Notes under the pieces: generated by a model | The model's input: the letters and a program-made list of their open reading frames with translations, nothing else | Databases searched by the model: none | What the model was told of the DNA's origin: nothing | Origin: Utricularia gibba | Lineage: Eukaryota; Plantae; Magnoliophyta | Direction of reading: 5' to 3' | Assembly (NCBI GenBank): GCA_002189035.1 | Contig: NEEC01000008.1 | Location: 372,001-436,000, forward strand | DNA: 64,000 nt | Position numbers and translations under genes: made by a program | In this document: piece by piece, positions 24,335 to 37,265 of the stretch | Layout of the letters: the number at the start of each line of letters is the position of its first letter | Numbering within the stretch: the first letter of the stretch is position 1

Positions 24335-26055
24335 CAGTTCGGCAAATTTGGAACCATGGAACCATGGAACCGACGGTTCCGACCTGTGTATGAACCGTAC
24401 TGTTTACGGTTCCGAATTGAAACCGTCGGTTTGGAACCAAAAAAATTTTAAAAAAACATAAAAAAAATTAAAAAATTAAAAAATTAAAAAATTAAAAAAT
24501 TAAAAAATTAAAAAATTAAAAAAATTAAAAAAAATTAAAAAAATTTAAAAAATTTAAAAAATTAAAAAAATAAGCAAATTAAAAAAATTAAAAAATAAAT
24601 AAATGTATATGATTTCAGACACACATACGACGGAAGTGGGTGCCTGGAAAATCTTCTGAAACACCTCTATCTAGACACACTGACGATAGATGTGGGTGCC
24701 TGGAAAATGATTTTAGGCGCCCTCATGACACTCTTACATGAGGCATGAGTAAATGCGGGTGGCCAGGGAATGATCTCTGTCTTTCAGATGTTCTTCCCGA
24801 ACACTCACAAGCTAATGTGGGTGTCTGAAAAAATGTAATTTTATTGTATATGTTTTCAATTACTGATAATTTTATCAATTTAATAATTTATTTCATTTAT
24901 TTATATACTATAAATTATAAAATTAGAGTGAAATTAATAAATATAAAATGTATAACCTCAATAGAAAAATACTAAATTACTCAAATTTATTGAATAATTT
25001 CGATAATTCAACCAAATAAATATTTTAACATTTCATTACCTACATATTTTTCTCAATAACTAGTTATGCGTTGCCAAGATCTCTAATTTATCCATATTGG
25101 TAGCACAATGCATATTTAAACATAAGTATATATTTAAAATACCCATGTGAAGACTGCCGTGACAGTATCATATTTAAAATATATTTTTTATGTATATATT
25201 AATCTCAACGACTAGTACATGCATTTGTGAATGTGCATACTGTGGAGTTGCACATGGTTTTGAAAGTATCCGTTGCTATTAATTTAATAAAAAAATTTAT
25301 CTACATATATGATATGGTTGTCTTATATTTTTCCATTACTTTCTTTTATTGTCTCATCATTCATTACTAGAAATAATTCTATTTCAACTTCTACATACAA
25401 CTTGTGATTTGAGATACTCTGAAGTTAATCTTTCTAATATTTTGTTTCCAAAATATATGAAATAGATTATGTTTTTATTTTAATTTGAAAAATATATAAT
25501 ACTTACAAAAGATTATATAAAACAACTATATAAACATCTTCATTTTAAAAAAATAAATATATAAATAATAAATCTATTCATTTTATATGATTTGTAATCT
25601 TGTTGTATTTGTTTTAAAAAATTTAATTTTATCAAATATATACTCAAATGTTAATAATTTAATTATTTATTTCATTTATTTAAGTCACAAATTATATTGA
25701 TTTTAATTATATTTTATTGAGATAGTTTATCAAGTAATTTAAGTTATAGTTTTTTTATAAATTAATATAGTATATTACATAATATATCTAGTTAAATACA
25801 AAAATTAATTTTATTAAATATATTGTTTGATAATATTTAAATATAAAAAAATAATTATTACAAATGTCACTGCTAGTCACCCACAATGATTCATATGGGT
25901 GCTTGGAAAACACCTACAATCAGTAATCGATCGGTTCCGGTTACGGTTAGGTTCGCGAATCTCGGTTCCGATTTCGAACCGAAATTGTCCGTACGGTTCC
26001 GTTTCGGTTCAGTTCAAGGTTTCGTCCGTACGGTTCCGAACCGAAACTGGAACTG
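24335..26055. mobile_element. Non-autonomous DNA-transposon-like element with AACCG/CGGTT-rich subterminal regions (hAT-like?)
   Basis: Both ends read CAGTTC inward; dense GAACC/GGTTC repeats at 24350-24440 and 25930-26055; very AT-rich non-coding interior. No TSD found. Confidence 0.6.
24440..24600. repeat. (AAAAATT)n-type low-complexity tandem array
   Basis: Directly visible run of aaaaatt/aaaaaatt units. Confidence 0.9.
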
Positions 26056-27080
26056 TTGTCTACAGTGAACCGCGGTTTCTCCCTCGTCAATGGCATAACA
26101 AACACATCTGATGAAAATCTTGCAAGGCGCTGCACATCTCCATTACTAGCAACCTCTGGTTTTGCATGAGCATGGGATACTTTTGGCATCATAATCTTCA
26201 ATTTCACCTCCTCCATTTTCTGGCATCATCACAAGAGGTATCACTCGAACATCTGTTGAGTCTTCATTACTCCAAGGTACATCATTCCTAGGTTTCACAA
26301 TGTCTTGGATGGTTTCTTCCTCAACAAAGACAACATCTCGGCCCCTAATAAGCTTCTTGGAGATAGGATCATAGAATTGAAACTCAAATTGATCTTGTCC
26401 ATAACCAATAAACACACATTGGCATGTCTTGGAATCCAACTTTGATCGTTCATCCTTTGTGATATGAATGAATATCTTGCAACCGAACACCTACAAGTGA
26501 TCATAGGAGACCTCTTTTCCAGACCAAACCTTCTTTGGCACTTCTAGTACACAATTGATTCCATACAATAAATTTGACCAAAAAAATCAAGAAAAATAGA
26601 CACCAAGATTTAATGTAGTTCACTTCAAAATAAGGGTTATGTCTACACCCAGCTCCGAGAAAAATTCACTATTTATCACAGTGAATACAAAAAGAATTAT
26701 CCTGATAGACTATTGGGTTTTACCCTCTCTCTCTACCTTCTCCCTGAAAACTCTACCAGACGAGAAACATGAAAAGAAGATAATACTATTTTTCTTCTTT
26801 TCCTATTCTACCCTTGGAAACCGAGTTCCTACCAAACTCACTCAAAAACAACACCTAATCGACTATCTATCTCTCATGTTGTGTGTGAGATGTTGGGGTG
26901 TTATAAACCTATGGGAAGTGTTCCCCTCTACCAACCCTCTCCAGCTAGCGTCACCAATCCTCACTAGCCAATGGCACCAACCTTGTGCCTTTTTTTTATT
27001 TTGGTGGGTTTCACATGGCGGGACCCATCATGAAGAGTGAAGCTCTTTGTTAATCCCTAAGTAAAAAAAAATGGAACACA
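26056..27080 (-). mobile_element. Ty1/Copia (Tork/Tnt1-like) integrase C-terminal fragment plus probable LTR remnant
   Basis: FGCKIFIHITKDERSKLDSKTCQCVFIGYG...YDPISKKLIRGRDVVF (26146-26504). A degenerate PBS-like tgattcca near 26556 is followed by LTR-like sequence; gag/protease apparently deleted. Confidence 0.75.
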
Positions 27081-27123
27081 TTAACTTCATATTGCATTAA
27101 CTCGAGTTTAGTTTATTTAGATT

Positions 27124-28361
27124 TAGATAAATATTTTATGGGTTTAGAAGATTATTCGTGTTTCTTTGATATGTTTAATTTATTTGGATTTAAGATGAAA
27201 AAATGATTGATATGTAGGTACAAAATTAGATATATGATGAATATATATATGAAATTATCAATATAGCCTCACAAGTGAGCTTGTGTCGTTGAAAAAAATA
27301 TTCTTTCATTACTCTCAAGTATTGATTTTACTTACCTTAAACTAGCCTTTCTCCTTATTTTCAATAGATTTTATATCTTTCATACTACTTTAATCTTTTT
27401 GAAGAAAAAGTATATTTTTTATGGATTAGGACACTTTTGGATCAATTTGAAAAAAAATCAAAGACCCATCAAATTATGGACTTCATGGGCCACGAATCCC
27501 AGCCCAAGACTTGGTCAAACGATGAAAATTTAGTCCAAAATTCGTGGATAAGATAAATATTTGAAGATGATCTTGGAATATTTAGATAAAAGATTTGGAT
27601 AAAAGATCTCATCCAAACCCATCAAACAAGCCCAATACGAAGACTTAGATATGCTCTTCTATAAATATCCCACTTTTTCAACCAGATGTCTTTAACCACT
27701 TTTCCCTTGTATTTTTTGGTTATTTTCGTGTTTATTTTCATGTTAGAATCAAGTCTGCGTGTGTAGGTGCTTGTGGATAAAGATCTATGATGAACCCTTG
27801 CTTGTATAAATCTTGCGTGTGTGACTGTTTTACTATGTCTTTGGACATTTAATTTGATGTTTGATTCTGTTTTCGCAACATTTTCTTGACCAACATGCTC
27901 TTTAGTATCACATAACCCAAAGGGAGTGTGATAAAATCAAAGGTTAGCCTCAAGCACTTGAGGAGAAGGACTCAATCGAAGATCATTGGTAAGACACATT
28001 CTGTCTAATCTATCTACGAGATGAGAAGTGTAAGGGTTAGATTTGAGTGTAGGGAAAACATATGTTATCACAAAAGTCAAAATGACTCTAGTGGCGTGGT
28101 TGATTCTACAATCCTGCTAAATGAAGGACGGTACTATAACGGTTATTGAGTAGTACTATTTTAGAATAACACCTCTTATTTTTAAAATCAAATCTTAGAT
28201 CCAAGGCCACTTTGTTTATTATTTTTAAAGTTAAATCTTTCTTTTGTTTTCAGTTTTTTTAAGTCTTTTTTTTAAAAAGAAAATTCCAATAACAATATCC
28301 GATGGATATGATCTTAATTTATTACTTCGACGATTTTTGTGCGCTTGCAGAATTACTATCA
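27124..28361 (+). mobile_element. Probable Gypsy (Athila-like) LTR remnant
   Basis: Non-coding, ending in cgacgatttttgtgcgcttgcag...tatca, which resembles Athila-type LTR 3' ends. Left boundary and TSD not established. Confidence 0.4.
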
Positions 28362-28499
28362 TACCCTCTAGTTAATGAAAATTTATTGTCACATATTTTA
28401 GTTTCTTATATCATTTCAAAGGTTCAATCACAAAGTGCATAGCATAAATCATGATGTTTAGTTGAAACTGTATTTTGTAACAAGTACTGTATGATTAAA

Positions 28500-30950
28500 T
28501 GAGTGTTTGGTACAAAATTATTTTTATAATTTTGAGTATTTTTTAAGATAATATATAAATTTTAATAAACATAATTTTTTAAGATTAAAAAAATATAACT
28601 TCATACATCATCATCCAAAGTTTTAAAAATAATAAAACTAATGAATCTCTTCCACGATATGCATTCCAAAATTGATTTCAAATTATATCATTAATATTTT
28701 CTATTGAAGTTGTTTGTGGTGTTGCTTCATTGTCTTCAATTGGATTATCATACATTTCAGACAATGGATGTTGATAATTGCATTCAATCAAATCATGTCC
28801 ATCATCTTCTACATTAACTTGTTGAAGAAAATTATGAATAACCATGGTTGTAGCTACCAAACGCACTTGATGCTACAACTTGATGTTGCAAGGCATATCA
28901 TTCACAAAATGAAAATGTTTTTTTTCAATACACCAAAAGTTCTTTCAATAATTGAGCGTAGTGGCGAATGTTATTGGTTGAACAACTCTTCAAGATGAGT
29001 GTATCCATGCCTTACGCATTGAAATTCAGGTAGGTGAGAGCACATTCTACGATATGGTGCCATATAACTTGCCATGTTGATAAATCTAACATCAACCAAA
29101 TAATATATTAAGAGGTTGATATGTAAAATTATATTCATCATTTCACAAACACTCTATTGACATCCTACTATTATGTATGATTCCCTCATAACTTATTGTA
29201 ACAAAGATGAACAGCATATTGAAATGACATACAACGAGAATATTTTGAGTTGGCACTCCTTTACGTCCAATGCAATATACTTTATCTTTAGCAGGAATAC
29301 ATGCTTTTATATGAGTCTGATCAATGTCTTTTACGACACCCTGAAAAGTGGGTTAAAATGACACTTGTTACTAATACATGAGGTAATCTATGTAAAATCC
29401 ATTTTTGGTAATATCCAAATAGAGGCCATTCAACAACCTGCTTTTAAGACATTATGAAATGAAGTGCTAATTGTGTCATCTCCTCTATGAAAGAATTCCT
29501 CCTCTACTGTAATATGCCACCTCTTCTTTAGGCCAAATTTTTCAACTAGTAAGGAACAAAAATGAAGAAATATTGGAGGTTTTATATGAAAATCTTGATA
29601 TGCTCTAATATCAGGACCATGTAACATATTCAACAATAAAGCCTATCCTAGACAATCATGAATTATATATTTTTTTTTCCAAATACTAGTTATGATATTC
29701 ATGAATCATATTGAAGAAGGCGATTCCTCCTCCCAAAAAGGTTATTTGCTCTTGGATTTTTTTTCTTGTTCTACATCACTATTATCTTCATTTGTTTCTT
29801 CCTCTACTACATGACCCGCATCATGATCACTATCTTCATCAATTGTTCCAAATGGATTAGAAGAGAAAGCCATCATAAATCAATATTAGGAGATGGGGAT
29901 GATGCTTGATTAGATAGAAAGGGTCCTTTTTATAAAAATAAATGAACCAAACAATCAAATTATTACCATAAAAATTGGATCTACCATAAAAATCTACAAA
30001 TCAAGTACACTTGGTTGAATAATTTATAATTACAAAATATAGATCATAACTAAAATAATTAGTCACACCCAAGTCTATATAAATTATAAACAAGAAGACC
30101 ACACATCACCATACAATGATATAAAAAAATTGATCAAGTTGAACTCCTTCATCTATTTGATTTGACTGGCCAATAGTTGATGATGCACAAGAAGTAATAA
30201 CATCCATCTTGGAAGAAGCATGCAGAATCCATCAATAACGTGCATCCTTATTCTCGATGATCATGAAAATTTTTCTATTGCTAGATCAATGAATTAAATC
30301 TAAAGCTTGAAGCCACACATCACTTCATTCGACAATCCTTGTAGTACTCTTCAACACCTTCATACAATTTGATATTGAAAATTCTACTCTTATCGTAGCT
30401 GCAGAATTCACCTCCAATGCATTTGCAAAATGCTCTGAAGATATAACTATGCGATCACTATTCTTATGATGAACCTTGACCCCAGCTCCAATGAATCACC
30501 TCTAATGTTGCTGTTGAGGGCTGAGAGGTATCATTGGATCTATCATATGTAATCTATTCAATTGTCTGAAAGTCATTCAATGAAGTAGCAATTACAACGA
30601 TGTGTCTATTGAATCCTCGCTTATCTCCTCATCAACCTAGCATAAACTTGCATTGACCATATATCGTTCTAGTGCATATCCAACAAGTTTTTGCATCAAC
30701 TCAAATAGAAATAGTGGTCTATCCTTGAACACACCAACTTTTACATTTTCCTATACAATAAAGCAATTGAAATGTCAAATATAAATCAAAAGAGATCTAT
30801 ATAAAATATTAATTCACTACTAAATCACCTCAAAGTAATTATATCATCATTCCTCATTCAATTTGATTGTTGTTATGTTGTTGGATTTTTGAATGGGTTA
30901 CTGGCCGAGATGAATAAGAAAGAGGTGGGAATTCATGTAGAGTATCTAGG
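28500..30950 (-). mobile_element. Degenerate PIF/Harbinger transposon (DDE_Tnp_4 transposase plus probable Myb/SANT-like ORF)
   Basis: LRSIIERTFGVLKK (~28.9 kb), LVATTMVIHNFL (28678-28866) and FLHFCSLLVEKFGL...ITVEEE (29430-29636); TIR-like GAGTGTTTGG at ~28501. Confidence 0.78.
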
Positions 30951-31979
30951 ATGGGAGGTGAAGTTACAAGCTTCTTCTTCCTACCTATGTTGAAGAAGAA
31001 AATAAGTTTGCGATTTTCTAAAAACTACTATTAGCATTCGAATGCCTCCATATTTATCATCCCTTCAAAAGGTAACTTTAGACCCGACAACTAGGTTGGT
31101 TGTTGCTTCTTTCTTCTAGTTTAGACCTTATCTTGTAGGCAGCCTTGATTGCTTATTTTGTCTACTTCCTCAAGTGCTGTCAACTTTGTTGGGCTACACC
31201 CGTTGCCTCTCTTATTTCCTGTGCATGGTCCCTACTGTTACTGGTGTGGTCTCTTCTATTCCTGGTTGGGGTCATAGTGATGTGGGTACCATCGTGCCCA
31301 CTAGTATTCATTACAATTGCCCATTCATCCTCATATCACACTATGCTAGTACTCTTACGCAACCTCTTATGTAAACTCTAATAATCTTGAAGGCTATTCC
31401 ATCTATTCTAGAGTTTATTCATGTCAAATGTATAGGTTTGTGCATTGTTGATTTTGTTTAATAGATTATCTCATTTTTTCTCGGTGAGGATAAGTTTCAA
31501 AAATTTCCTTTGTTTATCTAATCCATGGCAACTCTAAGGTAGACTTATGTGGTGGGTAAATCCAATTGATTGTTTTTGTTTCATGTTTTCTTGGTTTTGT
31601 GTTAGCTCATGCATCACCGCTCTTTTTCTCTTTGAACTTTGTTGGCTCCATAAAACTTCCTAGAATGATATAAATACACATCAATATTTTTTACTAAACT
31701 TCTTTAATAGACAATATAGTAAATTAGGAGAAATGTAAAAGCATTGTATATAAGATAGGGTGACAAAGTTCAAAACATTTAAAATTCCAAAAAAAGCAAT
31801 GATTGCAAAAAACAATCAAGACATTCTCGACCATAGAGCCTATTTGATCCCTAGTAATTCAAATGTTGAGGCGATTTTGTCCACATTTTTTATGTGGTAC
31901 CAATTTAATCCTCATTGAGTGAATGTGGGTTCATGGGAATCCTTCAATGTTAAGTGTTGTCTGGCTCCTTCAGAGGTAC

Positions 31980-34520
31980 ATTTCCTGATTTTCTTTCATG
32001 TCATTCGTGTCTATGCCAATTGCAATTGGGAAAGGTGATAAACATCTTTGTGGTCATATAGGTAAGCATTTGTGATAATTGCAATTCCATAGTCGCCGAT
32101 ATTAAGTGATTTGATTTACATTGGGCATTCTGATTTTGTAAAAGTCGTTTGTGGGCAATGTTGCGAAAAGGGGTGGAAGATGGTGTTCTTGCGTCACAAT
32201 GGGTTAATGGAATATGATAGATCTCAAAACTACTGGGGAACAGGTCTGGAAGCTCCGTCTGATGCCAAGGGTTTTTGAGTGAAGTATACTGAATGGAGGA
32301 ATACAATTTGGAAGAAAATATATTGAAACTGATTGTGAGAAACTTTGAAGGAAGTTTATGAGATGTGCTAGTATTTGTATTTTTTTGAAGTATTTTAACC
32401 ATAATGTAATTGAAGAGGGTTTGGATAGTAGATCTTACGAGCTTGAACATGATAATGATACTAGTATCCAAGGTATACTTTTGATGATGGGATTAAAAGG
32501 AGAGTAACGAGATAGCTCTTGAGGATGACTATTAGATGTAAACGTGGATGATGGTGACGAGGATATTCAAGAAAGTAGCTACAAACCAGTGTACAATCCT
32601 AAGCATGGATTTCAATATGTAGAACTTAACGAGAGATTTCATTTTTTTAGAAAAGCACATGCTCGAGAAGCTATTATTAAGCATGCAATTGAGAATGGAA
32701 AGGAGCTTCAATGGAAAAAAAATGATTCGATTTGTTTGAGGGTATGTAACTTTACATTGCTTTATTTTCCTTTTTGTTGTCACATTGGATAACATTTTAT
32801 TCCATTTAGACTGAGTGTGCAACACTAGATTGTGGTTGGATGGTCTATGCTAGTAAGCTAAAGGATGTTAATGGATGGGTAGTTAAAAAGTTGGTTAATC
32901 TCAACCATGCATATTATTGCGGGAAGGTATTATCTAATGGTACATGTATAGGTTTCGTGAAAATCCAACCCTTCACATAGATAGTTTCAGGAATGAGATA
33001 AATAGGAAATTGCAAGTGTGCATAGGCTAGGCAAATGGTTCATGATTGTGTTGAAGTAAGATATGAGATGCAATTTAACAAGATAATGGGTTATTATCAA
33101 TAATTGGAAGCCACTAACCCAGGTTCAACAGTTAAACTAGATTTGGTTAATGATTCTATTGAACTAGGCCGCAAACGGTTCCGAAGGCTTTACATTTGCT
33201 TGGGTTCTCGTGAAAATGGTTTTAGGCTTGGTTGTAGAAAAAATTTTGATGTAGATGGATGTTCTCTTATTGAAAATGTAGAGGACAAGCTGCTTACTGC
33301 AGTGGGTCTTGATGTAAATAATAAAGTTTACCCAAGAGTATATACACTTGTCAAAGGAGAAAATAAGGAGGTTTGGAGCTGGTTTCTATCTATTTTCCAA
33401 GAGGATATCAACATTATAAATGGTAATATGTAAGAGTATGTAATTATGTCTGATTGAGATAAAAGATTGGAGTATGCTATCACGAATATTCTTCCCAATA
33501 TCCAGATTCTCATTTTCTACTTTGCTATGTTTTTTTCATTTTCTGTCATATTCTTCTCAAAATTTCTAAGACAATGGCTATGGGGTTGTGCGATTCAAAG
33601 CATTGTATGGAGTGCTGCTCGAGCATTAACTAAATTCGAACTCTATTTTTTTGAACTTGAGAAAGTTAGTGAAGTTACTTATGCTTGCATGTGTAATATA
33701 CCACAACATTTTTAGGCTAGGTATACATTTTTAGAGAGCATCACTTGTGATATTTTGCTAAATAACATGTCCTAAAACTTCAATTCAATGATTCCACCTA
33801 TAAGAAAGCTACCTTTAGTGCCAATGTTAGAGGGGATTAGAAAGAAACTCATGGAATGCTTTGCGAAAAATCTCTATGTCTACCTAAGATGGAAGAATTC
33901 AATTTGTTCTCAAATATGGAAAATTATCCGATTGAATGAGAAAAAACAAAGCACTGGAAGAGTTATTCCATATGATGGATGGAATTAGAAATGGACGGAT
34001 GGTGAAGATCAACACGGTGTGGATCTTGCAAGGAAAACATACACCTACCGTCGATTTCAATTAATAGGTATTAATATTAATAATTGTAGCACATAGTTTC
34101 TTTTTCTAATGTATTTTTTTCTAGGCTACCTTGTAAACATACACTATTAGTACTGAAGTCAAAGAAAGAAGTCATCTACAATTTCATAAGTCCTCACAAT
34201 AGTGTGAGTGCCTATGAAATCTACTACGTCACACCTATCCCACCCATGTCTGGAAACTTGTATTGGCCATTATATGAGGGGGATCTGCCTTTGCCATAGT
34301 TGGTTCCTGTTAGGCAAAATGGTAGATCAAAACAAAATCGCCATCAAAGAAAAGATGAACCGTGCAAAAGGTACACAAGCATGAGTGCCTACGGATCCTC
34401 CATTTGCAAGGCCAAGGGGCATAACAAGAAGTTCTGTCCCTAAAAAGACACATCGATTCACAATCGTAGCGAAATGGCATTAAAAGAAAGAGATGAAAGA
34501 AGAAGACACCAAAAGGATAT
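31980..34520 (+). mobile_element. Second degenerate MULE/MuDR transposase
   Basis: AREAIIKHAIENGKELQWKKND, ATNPGSTVKL, GFRLGCRK..DVDGC, LLTAVGLDVNN, ENKEVWSWFL and LPLVPMLEGIRKKLM; decayed SWIM finger and knuckle SICKAKGHNKKFCP. Confidence 0.85.
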
Positions 34521-37265
34521 GCATTTATTAAGGTGTATGTATTAATGCTGCTAGCTTTTGAAAGTGTTAATGCCAAGCGAATCTTTTGTAATGCAAAGTT
34601 GTCTTGAATTTTTGTGCTATTGCCTTGTTAATGCATTGTTAATGCAATAGAAATGTGCATTTTAATGAAAGCAAGTCTACTAAAAACTAACAAATGTGTT
34701 CTTTAAAAACACATTACTTGTACAACATAAATAAACCACTTCAACAAGAAAATGAACACTAGTTCAACAAAGAACCATCTTCAATATAATCTACATTTCT
34801 TCCAATGCTAATCAATTTTTTCAGCCAATCAACGTTTTCCACATGCTGCTGCAAACTAGCACGATACTAAAACAATTTCAGGAAATAGTATGCATTTTAC
34901 AAATCATAAATCATTAAATTTTAAGAAATAATAACATTCAATCTCAAATATGTCAAGACATACCTACCTCCTCAACACGCATTTATGCTTCATAGATTTT
35001 CTCTACAAGATCCATATTAGCCTCCTCTAATGTTCAGATCTTCAATTAAAAATGTGTGATTTGTCATCACTTTTGGGAATCAATATGAACATCAATTTTA
35101 TCCTAAAAAAACCAAACCTGCTGCGCCACTTTAGAGGGAGTTGATGAAATATTTTTTTACCTCGTCAGACGACTCCAAACTCAACTCTTCCTTCAACTTC
35201 TTTACTATCAATACGAGCTGATTGATAGTTTCATTGATAGTCCTATCGACATTGGTTGCGGATGCCCTCTTCGCCTGCTGCCATAGCTTTTCTCCACCAA
35301 CATGAGAAACATCTTCCACTGCCTTTGTCTTTTTAGACTTCTCATTGGATGCTACACCACATTGAGACCGACTGCTTGCCATGTGCAATTCTTTGATTAG
35401 GGTTCACCAATATGAGGGCCGTTATAATTGCATAGGAACCTTAGAACAAATATAATTCTCTGAGTCAGGTTTGTTAAAATGGTTGGGTCGATTTGTTAAA
35501 ATCCATGGGTTTGTAATGGAGAGGACTAAAGTAGCGCAAGAATAGGAGAAAAATGATTCAATTGACTCTACATTAAAAAGAGGGACTAAATAAAATCTCT
35601 TCCTAAAAATTGAGAAATAATTTAATGATTTTACCGGACAATCTTGTAGTTGCAATAGCAATGAGGTTTAATAGAAGCAAATTTTAGATGGAAACTATAG
35701 AAGGCATTGCACAAATGTATTAAAATATTCAACCAATAAATCATGGAGTCAATACTATCAAGAAAATAAGAGAGATGATATCAAAATCAGAAAATAGAAC
35801 CTCCTTTCTCCAATCTACTATCTTCACCATGATTGGGAAAATGAATTAGAGAAGAGGAAATGAGAGAAATGCTACTAAAAATACTTTTGGAAAATTTAGT
35901 TAAAAAGTAGAAATAAATTGGAAAAGTATCTTATTATTTACTTTTCAAAAAACAATTTTTGTAGTATAATTTCAAAATTATTTTTGATAGTAGTACTTTT
36001 GAAATTGTTAATATTCTAAAATAACTATTTTTATTTTTTAAAAAATATAAATAGATTCTAAAAATTTTTCCAACAGATATTTTAATAAAAACGGTCAAAC
36101 TAAACCCCTCTAAATGGTTCAAGTGTGCCTATCCTAATCGACAAACATCATTGAAGGTGAGAAATTAGAAAGGCATGTGATGTGGTGTAGGCCTAATAAG
36201 AGCATCTCCAACCCACTCCGTTCTTTCAAACATGACAATTTAATTATCTCTCCATTCCACATACAAACAGTCAGTCCAATGTTACAAAATTTGTTCTCTT
36301 TCCTCCACTGTTTCATTTGTGAATATACTTTGTCCACAGGAAACTCCACCTATTTTTTATTGTTTCACCACAAAAGGTTTCATTTTTTTGACATGCCATA
36401 CCACATTAAAGAATATGTCTAAAAACTCAAGGTGAAAGTATCTTTCATTTGGGTTGAAAAACTATTTTCGAAGAATCAATAACATGAGGGATATGTTATT
36501 ACTCCACCTATAGTTGAAATTCAATTGATCAACTGAGAGCTGAAGAACCAATATTCCATGTCAATGTTGAGCTCAAGATGAATTCCTTTCTTGCTCAAGC
36601 AACTCAATCTCAAAATTATGTTCTTTATCTTTAATTGAAGAGCGATTTGATGGATCATATTTAGACTAAGTTTGGCTAGGAACAATGAAGTTTGTAAAAT
36701 TCAAATTGTTGTTGCTTGTGATATTTCATTTGTTAACTATCTATTCAAGTAGTTTGTCGCTTTTTATTTCAATTTTATAAGATTTCAGTTGGCTGGTCGA
36801 ATATAAATGTTAATATCCTACATGTAATAATATATTTCATAAAATAATTAGTTGTAAATTACTTTACTAAATGTACGGATGGAATGGGTTAGAGATGTTC
36901 CATTGGCGATGAGGATAAGGACTCGGGCAGGACAGTGGGCCCATCTTCTCGACCGGAATGAACCCGACGATCGGCGGCGGCGACGTACGTCGAGTTTTGC
37001 CGTAAAAAAGGGCTCTGATGTTTTGCAAAAGCTTCTTCTCTTGATATCGCCTTATGATTCTATTATAGCACACATTTTCTGGTCATTTGAGGTGAGAGGA
37101 ACATGCAAACGTTAAAGCAGAAATTTTTGAACTATTGTAGCACACAATTCTGGTCGTTTGACATAGCTAATCCCAGAAAAATGTATTGTCATGCCGATGA
37201 TAACTTTATTTAGAGAAGCCTTGTGAAGTGCAGTTTACCCAAGAGGTGTTTGAGGAGATGCGTGT

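Noticed and set aside
24619-24835. CRISPR-like repeat-spacer array
   Set aside because: Eukaryotic TE context, degenerate repeats, spacers partly homologous to each other and no cas genes.
36199-36215. TAA-GAGCATCTCCAA Tourist-like terminus
   Set aside because: No matching second TIR found, so no element could be delimited.
36867-37115. Short ORFs just downstream of GGAT
   Set aside because: No recognisable homology and open on both strands only by GC richness.
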